The position numbers were made by a program, and so were the translations under genes. Below, piece after piece: positions 53,140 through 64,000 of a stretch of DNA of 64,000 nt; position 1 is the first letter of the stretch, and every line of letters begins with the position of its first letter. The DNA is from Mobula hypostoma (taxonomy: Eukaryota): assembly GCF_963921235.1 (NCBI RefSeq), contig NC_086097.1, positions 74,896,001-74,960,000 of the forward strand. Direction: 5' to 3'. The notes under the pieces are model-generated. The model saw nothing but the letters and a program-made list of their open reading frames with translations, was not told the DNA's origin and made no database searches.

Positions 53140-53935
53140 TTATTTATTGAGATACAGTGTGGACTATGCCCTTCCGACCCTTCAAACTGTGCCATGCAAC
53201 AAACCCCCGATTTAATCCAAGCCTAATGGCCTTATGGTCTTAACCTACCAGCTGGTATACAAGGGGGCATCAATAAGTTCATGGCCTAAGGTAGAAGGAG
53301 TCAATTTCAGAAAATCTAGCACATTTACTTTTCAACATAGTCCCCTCCTACATTTACACACTTAGTCCAGCGGTCATGGAGCATACAGATCCCTTCTTTG
53401 TAGAAGTTGGCGTCTTGGACCTCCAGAAAGTGGTTCAGAGCAAGGGTGATTTATAAGTTCGTGGCCTAAGGTAGAAGGAGATATTAACTTCAAACTTTTT
53501 GCACAATCACTCAAAGAGTTGAAATGCACGTGTATGTAACAAGAGCTGTATAACTCATCTCCTTCTACCTTAGGCCACAAACTTATCAATCACCCCTGCT
53601 GTGGACCACTTCCAGAGGTCCAAGACGCCGACTTCTACAAAGAAGGGATCTGAATGCTCCACGACCATTGGACTAAGTATGTAAGTGTAGGAGAGGACTA
53701 TGTTGAAAAATAAATGTGCTAGGTTTTCTACAATTGACTTCTACCTTAGGCCACAAACTTATCAGTCACTCCTCGTATGTCTTTGGACTGTGGGAGGAAA
53801 CGTGAGCTCCCGGGGGAAACCCACGCAGTTATGGGGAGAACCTATAGACACTTCACAGGCAGCAGCAGGAATTGAACCAGGGACACTTGTACCGTAAAGC
53901 ATTGTGCTAAACACTACGCTATCATGCTGCCCCAA
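53140..53935 (-). mobile_element. HE1/V-SINE-like SINE split by a MITE
   Basis: Halves 53140-53257 and 53778-53935 rejoin into one SINE. Confidence 0.65.
53260..53775. mobile_element. mariner-like MITE, almost wholly palindromic, TA target duplication
   Basis: TA|caagggggcatcaataagttc...aacttatcagtcactcctcg|TA; inverted arms of about 220 bp. Confidence 0.88.
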
Positions 53936-54304
53936 TACCAACAGTTTATTAAAAGCAAATAAAATTGAAATTGTGGTCTCACACTTGAGCATTATAACTT
54001 CCAGCATCATGAAAGAAAAATACTATTCTTCCTTTCCACTAAAGGTTGGATGCCCATCAGCAGTAGTCTGCATTTGAATCTAAATCCATGGTTTTCACAT
54101 TTAGCAATGCAAGTGGTTCTTTCTGATTTTGATGCAGCACGTCTTGCTAAATAACAATCATGCACGTTGAGGAAAACTAGGGAAATAAGATGACTAAATT
54201 TCAGTTGTTATTAATTTAAAAGCAAACTATCAATCAAACCTATATGCAACTTGCTTGTATTTCAATCAGCCTTTAGAGAATATTGCAGGCAGTTTTCCCC
54301 CTTT

Positions 54305-54560
54305 CAAAAGACCATAAGACATAGGAGCAGAATTGAGCCCATTGGCTCTTCAAGTCTGCTCTGCCATTCCAACAAGGCTGATTTATTATCCCTTTCAACC
54401 CCATTCTTCTGCCTTCTCTCCATAACCTTTGATGCCCTTTCTAATCAAGAACCTATCAACCTCTGCTTTAAATATACCCAATGACTTGCCTCCACAGGCA
54501 CCTGTGGCAATGAATTCCACAGATTCACCACTTTCTGGAGTAAGAAGTTCTTCTTGAAGG
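54305..54560 (-). mobile_element. CR1 3' tail
   Basis: agaccataagacataggagcagaatt...gaattccacagattcaccac. Confidence 0.75.
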
Positions 54561-54676
54561 TGATGACTTTATTTATTCTATTTTATTTGTAGTTTATTTT
54601 CCCTATTTGGAATTTGCTGTCAGATTCACCATTTATCTGTACTTCAAGTTTTAATTTATCTGCAAATTACAGTATG

Positions 54677-55462
54677 TTCAAAGTTCTAAGTGCATTTGTT
54701 ATCAAAGAATGTATAAATTATACAACCTGAGATTTGTCTGCTTACAGGCAGCCACAAAGCAGGGAACCTAAAAAAACCCAATTTAAAAAATAGGCCAACC
54801 CCCAATGCCCAGAGAGACAGAAAAAAAAAACTCATGCAAACAATAGAAATGAGCAGCAACAGCATTCCGAACCAAATTGAGTACTTAGATCCAAATCCCT
54901 GGAGCTGCTCGGTCTAGGCCCAAAGCCTCGGTATTCAATTCATCATACCAGTGGGGCAAATTACCACAAAGTTCGCAAACATGAAGCACAGCAGCTGGGG
55001 GCAGTCTCAGAACCGTAGCGTATTGGAGAGAGGAACCCTCAGACTATCTGGGCTGGCCTTTAAATTGTCCAAACCTCACACCAGGACCCAGGCCCTGACA
55101 TGACAAATCGTTCTGGGCCTAGATTTCATCGTGACTTCTCCAATTTGGCTCGGCGCTTAGAGTGATCCACCTTTGCACCCAGGTTAGTTGGACAGGCATC
55201 AGAACTCCTCTGTCCCATCTTCTCCCCTCTTAAACATCCACTCCAACCAGCATGGCTCCAACTCCAAGTCTGACAATTTTGCAGTGCACCAGCAAGACAT
55301 ATCTCTTGAGTTCGCTTTGTCCTCACTCGCCTCTTCATTGCTTGCAGTGATAGTTTACCACAATTTACTTCAAAAAAGTGCTATTAATAATGTTTTTCAT
55401 CGAACACCTTTGCTTTCAAACCACCATGCTGTTGCATATCTTTGGTAGCACCATCTTAAACC
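54677..55462 (-). mobile_element. non-autonomous retroelement with Rex1-like tail
   Basis: Tail similar to the Rex1 3' ends in this window; 5' end GGTTTAAGATGGTGC. Confidence 0.45.
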
Positions 55463-56424
55463 GTTCCTCTATTTGTTCCTCCAAATATTCCTCAATCTGT
55501 TGAGAAAAAAATGAGTTTCAACAGCAGAATCTGTGGAACACATCATTGCTTAAATCCAAAATAAACTCCTTTGGCTCATTTATAAATTTTATGCCCCTCA
55601 ACTACAGAGTTTCCCAATGAAGCAACAAGGCAGTCTTTATTGTTACCTTGCAATCTATTTTGCGGAACTGTGTTAGGTTTCAGGTGTATTAATTCTTTGC
55701 AATTCACTATTTCATTGAAATATTCAGGTACTCTAAACATGTTTAGAGATGCATAAATTCTTTGTGGATTCTGCATGATGATAAACAGCATGCAGTTGGT
55801 CCATTGACATTGGTCCAAAATTTGTACTGGCTTTTTCCCAGTCCATAAGCGTATTCAACTTCTGTTGACCTGCTGAATACGGTAGTGAACCTTCTTTGTA
55901 TTCTACTCAAAAAATATTTTTTGCCTGATTAGGTGATCAGCTATATTCGTACCAGCTAAAGCAAGTATAACATTTTGGTTAAATAATGAAGAATCAATAA
56001 TTCAGCTAGAAAATACTGGAGATAATCAGACCCACCTTCTGCATTACATCACTATTCTTCCTGTCACCAACCAAGTGGCTTTCATCGACTTTGTTCTATT
56101 TTGTTCTTTTCTGCCACCCTCCACCCCTTATTTATTAAGTTCTGACACACATGATATGCCTTTGTTAGGAAACTATTTCAGAGGCATAAAATATAGAATT
56201 GGGCTCAAGGGGGATTATTTTGGATTCAACCAGAAACAGTAGCTTTGTTTCTCTCTTCACAGATCCTCTTTGAGAATCATCAACTTGCCATGGCGGAGAG
56301 GCTTGTGAGTTCCTGAGATCCGAAGAGCGATGCTGTCTGGAGTTTCGTCATCTGGCGTGTTAGATGCCAGATGTCCCTCATGGCAGAATCCATTCACAGG
56401 TTCATTAAGAGTGAGTGATAATAA

Positions 56425-59400
56425 TCATTAAAAAAAGAGCAGAAATAGCTGGGTACATCAAAAAAATTGATGGATTTGACTACACAGCAGATAACTGGAT
56501 ATTGCATATGGAACAAATTGAGTAGTGTTTTAAAGCAAATGAAATAGCCGATGGGGAGCGTGTGTCAATTTTGCTGAGTGCATTCATGTTAAAGGCATAC
56601 AGTTTGCTTAGAAATTTGACTGCTCCAACTAAACCAAACAAAATGAACTGCTGGTATTGTGAACATTTAGAACCAAAGCCATTGCTGATTGCAGAATGCT
56701 TTAGGTTTGATAAGCAGAATCAAAAAGAAGGGGAATATATTTCAGCATATGTGGCTGAATTGAAGAGATTGTCTGAGCATTGACATTTCAGTAATGGGCT
56801 TAACAATGCACTGAGTGATCATTTAGTTTCCGGAATCTTACAAGAAAGCATTCAAAAACAGCTCCTAACTGAAGCACAACTTACAGATAAAAGAGCAGTT
56901 GAAATAGTTTATCAATGGAAACAGCAGGCAGAGACACAACTGAGTCGCTGTCAGAAATGAAAGTGAATGTGAACAAAATGGCGAAACTGGTCTGGCCAAA
57001 CAAATTGTGTTACTGTTGTGGCAGGGGCTTGCATACACCAGACCAATGCAAGTTCCAAGTTGAAAATTGCAGGAACAAAGTAGGACACATACAAAGAGCA
57101 TGTCGGACAGACAAAAATAAATGGACCTCACATGGAAGAGAAAAAGATAATAAGTCAAGTTGCAGTTTCAGAAAGAGCACCAATCTACAGGGTGCTGATG
57201 AAAAGTCAGATAATGATGACTGTGACATAGGGCCAAGTAGCCTGGAGATTTATATTTTGAAAACTAACAATAGACAAGCGAGATGGCTTACACCAGAATG
57301 AAATGGCAAATTATTTAGAATGGAATTGGACACTGGTTTGGCTGTTTCACTCATTCCACAAGCTGAGTTTGAATGGCATTTTAAAGATGATGTTGAAGCT
57401 TGCAGATATCCAACTAAGAACTTATACTGGAGAAAAGATAACTCCTGTGGGAGTGACATTTGTAAAAGTGAGGTACAACAACCAACAAGCCACATTGGGT
57501 TGTATATAGTAAAAACAGGAAGGGCCAGCATTGGGAGATCATGAGTAGCTGAAACAGTTAACATTTGATTGGAGATCCATCCACAATTTGCATGCAACTT
57601 CCCCTGCCATAGAGTCAACTGAAAGTGAATTAAGATAGATAGATAGATAGAATAGTACAGCACAGTACAGGCCCTTCAGCCCACAATGTTGTGCCCTGCC
57701 TCCCATATAACCCCCCACCTTAAATTCCTCCATATACCTGTCCAGTAGTCTCCTAAACTTCACTAGTGTATCTGCCTCCACCACTGACTCAGGCAGTGCA
57801 TTCCACGCACCAACCACTCTCTGAGTAAAAAACCTTCCTCTAATATCTCCCTTAAACTTCCCACCCCTTACCTTAAAGCCATGTCCTCTTGTATTGAGCA
57901 GTGGTGCCCTGGGGAAGAGGCGCTGGCTATCCACTCTATCTATTCCTCTTATTATCGTGTGCACCTCTATCATGTCTCCTCTCATCCTCCTTCTCCCCAA
58001 AGAGTAAAGCCCTAGCTCCCTTAATCTCTGATCATACTGCATACTCTCTAAACCAGGCAGCACCTTGGTAAATCTCCTCTGTATCCGTTCCAATGCTTCC
58101 ACATCCTTCCTATAGTGAGGTGACCGGAACTGGACACAGTACTCCAAGTGTGGCCTAACCAGAGTTTTATAGAACTGCATCATTACATCATGACTCTTAA
58201 ACTCTATCCCTTGACTTATGAAAGCTAGCACCCCATAAGCTTTCTTAACTACCCTATCCACCTGTGAGGCAACTTGCAGGGATCTGTGGACATGTACCCC
58301 AAGATCCCTCTGCTCCTCCACACTACCAAGTATCCTGCCATTTACTTTGTACTCTGCCTTGGAGTTTGTCCTTCCAAAGTGTACAACCTCACACTTCTCC
58401 GGGTTGAACTCCATCTGCCACTTCTCAGCCCACTTCTGCATCCTATCAATGTCCCTCTGCAATCTTTGACAATCCTCTACACTAGCTACAACACCACCAA
58501 CCTTTGTGTCATCTGTAAACTTGCCAACCCACCCTCCTACCCTCACATCCAGGTCGTTAATATAAATCACGAAAAGTAGAGGTTCCAGAACAGATCCTTG
58601 TGGGACACCACTAGTCACGATCCTCCAATCTGAATGTACTCCCTCCACCACGACCCTCTGCCTTCTGCAAGCAAGCCAATTCTGAATCCACCTGGCCAAA
58701 CTTCCCTGGATCCCATGCCTTCTGACTTTTTGAATAAGCCTGCCGTGTGGAACCTTGTCAAATGCCTTACTAAAATCCATGTAGATCACATCTACTGCAC
58801 TACCCTCATCTATATGCCTGGTCACCTCCTCAAAGAACTCTATCAGGCTTGTTAGACACAATCTGCACTTCACAAAGCCATGCTGACTGTCCCTGATCAG
58901 ACCATGTTTCTCTAAATGCCCATAGATCCTATCTCTAAGAATCTTTTCTAACAGCTTTCCCACCACAGACGTAAGGCTCACTGGTCTATAATTACCCGGA
59001 ATATCCCTACTACCTTTTTTGAACAAGGGGACAACATTTGCCTCCCTCCAATCCTCCAGTACCATTCCCGTGGACAACGAGGACATAAGGATCCTAGCTA
59101 GAGGCTCAGCAATCTCTTCCCTTGCCTCGTGGAGCAGCCTGGGGAATATTCTATCAGGCCCTGGGGACTTATCTGTCCTAGTGTATTTTAACAGCTCCAA
59201 CACCTCCTTTCCCTTACATAGGTAATGTATAATGCCACAGCAATGTTCAAGGATGGCTTTTGAAAATACCAAGGATAAAATAGTGTTAAGTGAAAATGCC
59301 ACACCTAAGTTTTATCAAGCCTGCCTGGTTCCTTATACCATCTGCAATAAACTGGCTGGTGAACTAGATCTCATGGAAACTGAAGGATTTCTTTCCAAGG

Positions 59401-60740
59401 TTGAGTGGAGCCCATGGGCAATGCCAGTGGTCCCAGTAGCCAAAAAGAATGGATCTGTCAGGATCTGTAGTGATTTTAAGGTCACCATCAACCCAGTACT
59501 GTAAGTAGATCAATACCCTCTACCCAGGATAGAGGATACCTTTGCAAACCTTTCTAGAGGGAAACACTTCAACAAAGTGGACTTACCTGAGGCCTTCCTA
59601 CAGATTGAAATGGAAGAGTCCAAAATATTTCTCACCATAAACAGTCACAAAGTGCGCTGCACTTGGCAGAAAGCTATGGATCAGGTGCTGCAAGGCTGCC
59701 CAGGCACTCAGTGTTACCTGGATGACATCATTGTTACCGATACGGATGACAAGGAACATCTCCAGAATTTCAAGACAGTGTTAAAAGAGTAGAAGATTAT
59801 AAGCTCTAAGCACAATACAACAAATGTGAATTCTTTAAACCAACCATCACTTACTGTGGTCACACCATTGACACACAAGAATTACACAAGTGTGCTAAGA
59901 AAACTCAAGTAGTAGTAGATACTCCAAGTCAAAGAACGTAGCACAATTATGGTCCTTTTTAGGATTTGTGAATTATTATAACAGTTTCCTGCTAAACCTG
60001 GCTACTACAGATTGGGAAAAAATGGCAATAGACAAAGCAGTGTGAGATGGCTTTTAAAAGAAAAGGAAATGGTGACATTAGACACTTACTGACATATTAT
60101 GATCCTCATCATCCAGTGAAGCTTGGCATGCATTGTTTAGGATGCCAACACTTTCAGAAGAAAGGCGTCCAGATCTGTCAGAATAGCTTCCTGCAGTCCC
60201 AGTGTCAACACCTACAACCACCAGAGAGGAGGCCTCAGAACCTGAGATTGTTTCACAGCCACAAGGTTCACCTGCCAAGAAGAGTGACCCCCTTCTCAGG
60301 AAAGACGTTATCCCACAAGAGTAAGTTATCCTCCACTGCGATTAAATCTTTAGGCCTGAATGGGATAGTTTAAAATTTACTATGCTGTAGCTGTCTATAC
60401 AATAGTTGTATTATATAGTATAATGTATATACTATATAGTATACTGGATATACTGAAATGCATTCTATATTGAGTTTGAGTTTATAGCTAAGAAGGAGGA
60501 GTGTAGTGTATTTAATATATCAGTAATATTTGCGTAATGTAAATATATTTTTTGATTGAGCATTCTTTGTTGTTTAAATAATGCATTATGGCTATGTGTA
60601 TGAAATATATGAATACATAATGATACTACCATGTCATATGTATGCCTCATTTAAATTAAAAACAAACTAAGATGCATCTCTCGGGCTCCTGGCTTTTTCT
60701 TGCAATTAGATTTTATGCTTTGGAGTTACAAAGCATAACA
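56425..60740 (+). mobile_element. degenerate Gypsy/Ty3 LTR retrotransposon (gag, protease, RT; integrase largely deleted; 3' LTR 60502-60740)
   Basis: YSLLRNLTAP; Zn knuckle CYCCGRGLHTPDQC; MELDTG; WAMPVVPVAKKNGSVRICSDFK; YLDDIIV; PPT aagaaggaggag then TG...CA LTR; no 5' LTR seen. Confidence 0.88.
57635..59212 (-). mobile_element. young 5'-truncated CR1 LINE inserted in the Gypsy pol; RT frame unbroken
   Basis: ORF 57539-59302: KSPGPD, NYRPVSL, DFSKAFDKVPH, GVPQGSVL, FTDD; (atag)n tail. Confidence 0.95.
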
Positions 60741-61090
60741 AGAACAGCCTCTGCTGTGCCGCAGAAAACAAATTGGAGCTGCACAAGGAGAGTTTGAACA
60801 ACCAGAAGACCCAACCACCAGTTACTCTTGTGCACACTACACCAGAACACATGGATCTCGGATCGGCCCTACAGACACCTGAAGACCTACAATGGATAAT
60901 CCCTTAGGAGAACATTTACCTCAACTTGAGTGATCGCACTATTACCACAGATGTATTCTGACATACAATATGTATACAACATTGTCTGTTTTGATTTCAG
61001 ATTTTCAGCATCTCCCTTTAGTTTTATATTGATATAAATGAAAATCCAATGCTCGATTAAGTTCACCTCAGAACGGTTACTGACAAAGTG

Positions 61091-61787
61091 ACTACACAAA
61101 ATGCTGGAGGAACTCAACAGTCCTGATGAAAGGTCTTGGCTCAAAACGCCAATTGTTCACTGTTAGATTATGAGGACACTCAGTCCTCATTTATTGTCAT
61201 TTAGAAATGCATGCATTAAAACAACGTTCCTCCAGAATGATATCACAAAAAAAACACAGGACAAACCAAGAAAAACTTACAAAACCACATAACTATAACA
61301 TATAGTTACAACAGTGCAAAGCAATACTATAATTTGATAAAGAGCAGACCATGGGCACAGTAAAATAAAAAGTCTCAAAGTCCCGATAGCCTCATCATTC
61401 CACGCAAGTGGCAGAAGGGAGAAACTCTCCCTGCCATGAACCTCCAAGCGCCGCAAACTTGTCGATACAGCACCATTGGAAGCACTCGACCACAGTGGGC
61501 TCTGAGTCCGTCCGAAAACTTCGAGCCCCTCCGACACAGCCTTTCCAAGCACCATCCTCTGCCGAGCGCTTCGACCCTGCCCCGCTCCGGCCGCCGAGCA
61601 ACAAGCAAAGCCGAGGACTCGGGCCTTCCCCCCAGAGATTCTGGACCACACAGTAGCAGCAGCAGCGAAGCAGGCATTTCAGAAGTTTCTTTTCCACAGA
61701 TGCTGCCTGGCCAGCTGAGTTCCTCCAGCAATTTGTGTGTGTTGCTTGGATGTCCAGCATCTGCAGATTTTATCTTGTTTGTGATTC
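61091..61787. mobile_element. palindromic Penelope-derived mini-element with 13-bp TSD, interrupted by another retro-fragment (about 61163-61688)
   Basis: TSD tactgacaaagtg at 61078-61090 and 61788-61800; same family as 31249-31454. Confidence 0.75.
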
Positions 61788-63046
61788 TACTGACAAAGTG
61801 TATGAGAGGAATTAGAACATGACATGAACAAATATTAACAACAAATATTAGTTGGACTTGAACAATGATCCAGGGGATTGGAAAAAATGAGATCTGAAAA
61901 GAAAAGCTATTTTGTGCACCCTCTAGAAGGGTTGAAGATTTAACAAAAATAAGCTGCTAAAAATAAATAGAACTTTGTCCAACTGGTAGAGTTAAAGAGT
62001 TCGGTTCAGATTTTGCCTGTGAAAGATCATTTTGAAGAGTAATTTTAGAAAGCTTGAGTTGAAGGGAAGCTGTCCAAAGTATACAGAAGCACTTTACAAA
62101 GTAAGTTACAAATCATCTCTGTAGACACTAGTAATCATTGGTGCTTCAGTGTTTACATTCATACAGTACTCAATAACATGAAACTTTTCCATGCACCCAT
62201 AAGCATAAGAAATGTAAATTAAGTGTTTAAAAATAACAAATTATAAACTTGCCTCAAATTTGCATTACTGCCTGTCTTTTAACATAAAATATTGGACTCA
62301 TTTGAATTCTGTTCCTTTAAGAGCAATTTATGAATGTCTGCTTTCTAGCCAGATGGTGGTAGTTAGGATTTTAGAGCTGTCTAACAAGTCAGCCTGCTTC
62401 TGCTGGAGGTAATTTCATCAGTTCTCAACTGAAATGTTGGTGGAGCATACAGTAACAGGGCACTTCATCTAGTTGGGAAAGGAATCTAGAAATATCTTTT
62501 AAAAGTGCATCTGCTGTTGGCTGAGCTGTAGTTATGTTATCCCCAGGAGTATTCCCCAGGAGGGATTGTCCTACTTGGCTGTTTAAATGAAATTGCAAGG
62601 TGGTAACAGCTGCCACTGGGACAGAGAACTGGGAAAATTCTGTGATTAAAAATAAATTCTAGCAAACTATAATATCATTTTGTCATTTAATCCTTTAAGC
62701 TTTATATGACTACAGAGCAGCGGTCTTTTGATTTTCAAATTCTCATTCTTAATTCAAATTTCTCCTCAGCCTTACTCATCTTTTCTCTTTAATCTCCTTC
62801 AGTAACAAAACTTCCCACGAATGTCGTGTTTATCTTATGGAGCACTCTTCTGCAGCCAGATTTTTTTCATCCCTGTGCCTTTAGCTGTTCGTGCCTGAAG
62901 TTCTGGAAGTCCCTTTCTGTCATTGCTCCAATTTGTTTCCTGATACCTACCTCTATAAACAATCTCTGGCTCCTGTCCTAATAGCTGCTGATTTTGCTGG
63001 CTATGTACTTTGTTTTCTTGGTCACAATGGCGTGGCACTATAGTGT

Positions 63047-63375
63047 GTGGGCGACACAGTTAGTGCAATGCTTTACAGCGCTAGCGGTAAGATTGGAGTT
63101 CGACTCCCGCTGCTGTCTGCACGGAGTTTGTGCTTTCTGCCCGCGATTGTGTAGGTTTCCACGGTGATTTCTGGCTTTCTCCCACTTTCCAAAGATGGAC
63201 AGGTTAGGATTAGTGAGTTGTGGGCATGCTATGTTGGCACTGGAAATGTGGCAACACTTGCTGGCTGCCCAGCATAATCCTGGTTGATTTGATTTGACAT
63301 AAATGACGCATTTCACTGTATGTTCCGATGTACATATGACAAATAAAGCTAATCTTTATCCTTATCTTTATCTCT
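63047..63375 (+). mobile_element. tRNA-derived V-SINE/HE1-like SINE
   Basis: B-box ggagttcgactccc; tttctcccactttccaaag; (atctt)n-like tail; paralogous to 44512-44820. Confidence 0.8.
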
Positions 63376-64000
63376 TAATAATGCTCCCATAAAAGAGCTT
63401 GGACTTTGTTAGATGTTCTATATAAAGGTCAGTAACACTTTCCTGCAGGGATACAGGCTCTTTGTCTCACTGTATCACATGAATATTCCACTTTTTAGAT
63501 TTCACAAGAGCTTGTTATGGAACATGGTTTACAAATTGAAAATGGTCAAAGCTTTCTCTAAAATGTCAACAACAGGATTATGAGATGAAAAGGATGGAAT
63601 GATTAAAATGTGATTTGGTGACAAAACTTTTAAATTTTTTTGGAATTTTTGGTGAAATGTTCTGGAAAAATACTCTCCTTTTGAAAACACAGATCATTGG
63701 TTTATTTTAAATCAATCCACAATAACTTTCATCACAGAGCTTTCATGAATATTAAAAGCCATCTGGAGTCAGGTTGAATGCTTTTAATCTGAAGACAGAT
63801 CTCATGTTTTTGGGCATTTGTGGGTCTCGCAAGTAATAAAACTCTGATGTGGGAAAGGTATTGGGCTGCTTATCATGATTAATATACCTGTTATTCTTTT
63901 TCCTCTTCAAACAATTTCCTTCTCACTTCTTTTCCGAGAGCAGTGAAACGACTGTACTCTGGAAAAGTTTTATATACATATATAGCAAGGATGCCTAAGA

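Noticed and set aside
57539-59302. 587-aa ORF as a host or domesticated gene
   Set aside because: 5'-truncated CR1 ORF2 lacking the endonuclease; both ORF ends are read-through into flanking DNA.
62345-62365. CTCF-like tagccagatggtggta
   Set aside because: Several mismatches at informative positions; too weak without a PWM score.
63047-63115. tRNA gene
   Set aside because: B-box present but no cloverleaf or terminator; it is a SINE head.

Overview
Eukaryotic (vertebrate) genomic DNA, not prokaryotic. The repeat families suggest a cartilaginous fish such as a ray or shark (inferred from HE1/HER1-like SINE/LINE tails, DeuSINE relics and Penelope-derived palindromes). Bases 2150-5593 on the - strand hold coding exons 1-6 of the TALE homeobox gene Meis2, all with canonical GT-AG junctions and a continuous frame; exon 7 onward, including the homeodomain, lies left of the window. 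Roughly 0.9-15.7 kb is a CpG-retaining domain with no transposon I can recognise. It contains the promoter/5'UTR (perfect PBX-MEIS decamer, two uORFs), a stop-free in-frame intron 1, a perfect DR5 retinoic-acid response element, a CTCF-like site, and a chain of antisense splice-signal/micro-exon cassettes. From about 16 kb to the end is a CpG-depleted gene desert full of decayed and nested elements: CR1 and Rex1 LINEs, BEL/Pao and Gypsy LTR relics, a solo LTR, Tc1/mariner/hAT non-autonomous elements, SINEs, and small palindromic Penelope-derived elements with hammerhead-ribozyme-like cores. A few unique islands remain, one with adjacent PBX-HOX and MEIS motifs. I see no other host protein-coding gene. 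Repeat boundaries are approximate and family names come from motif recognition, not database searches.
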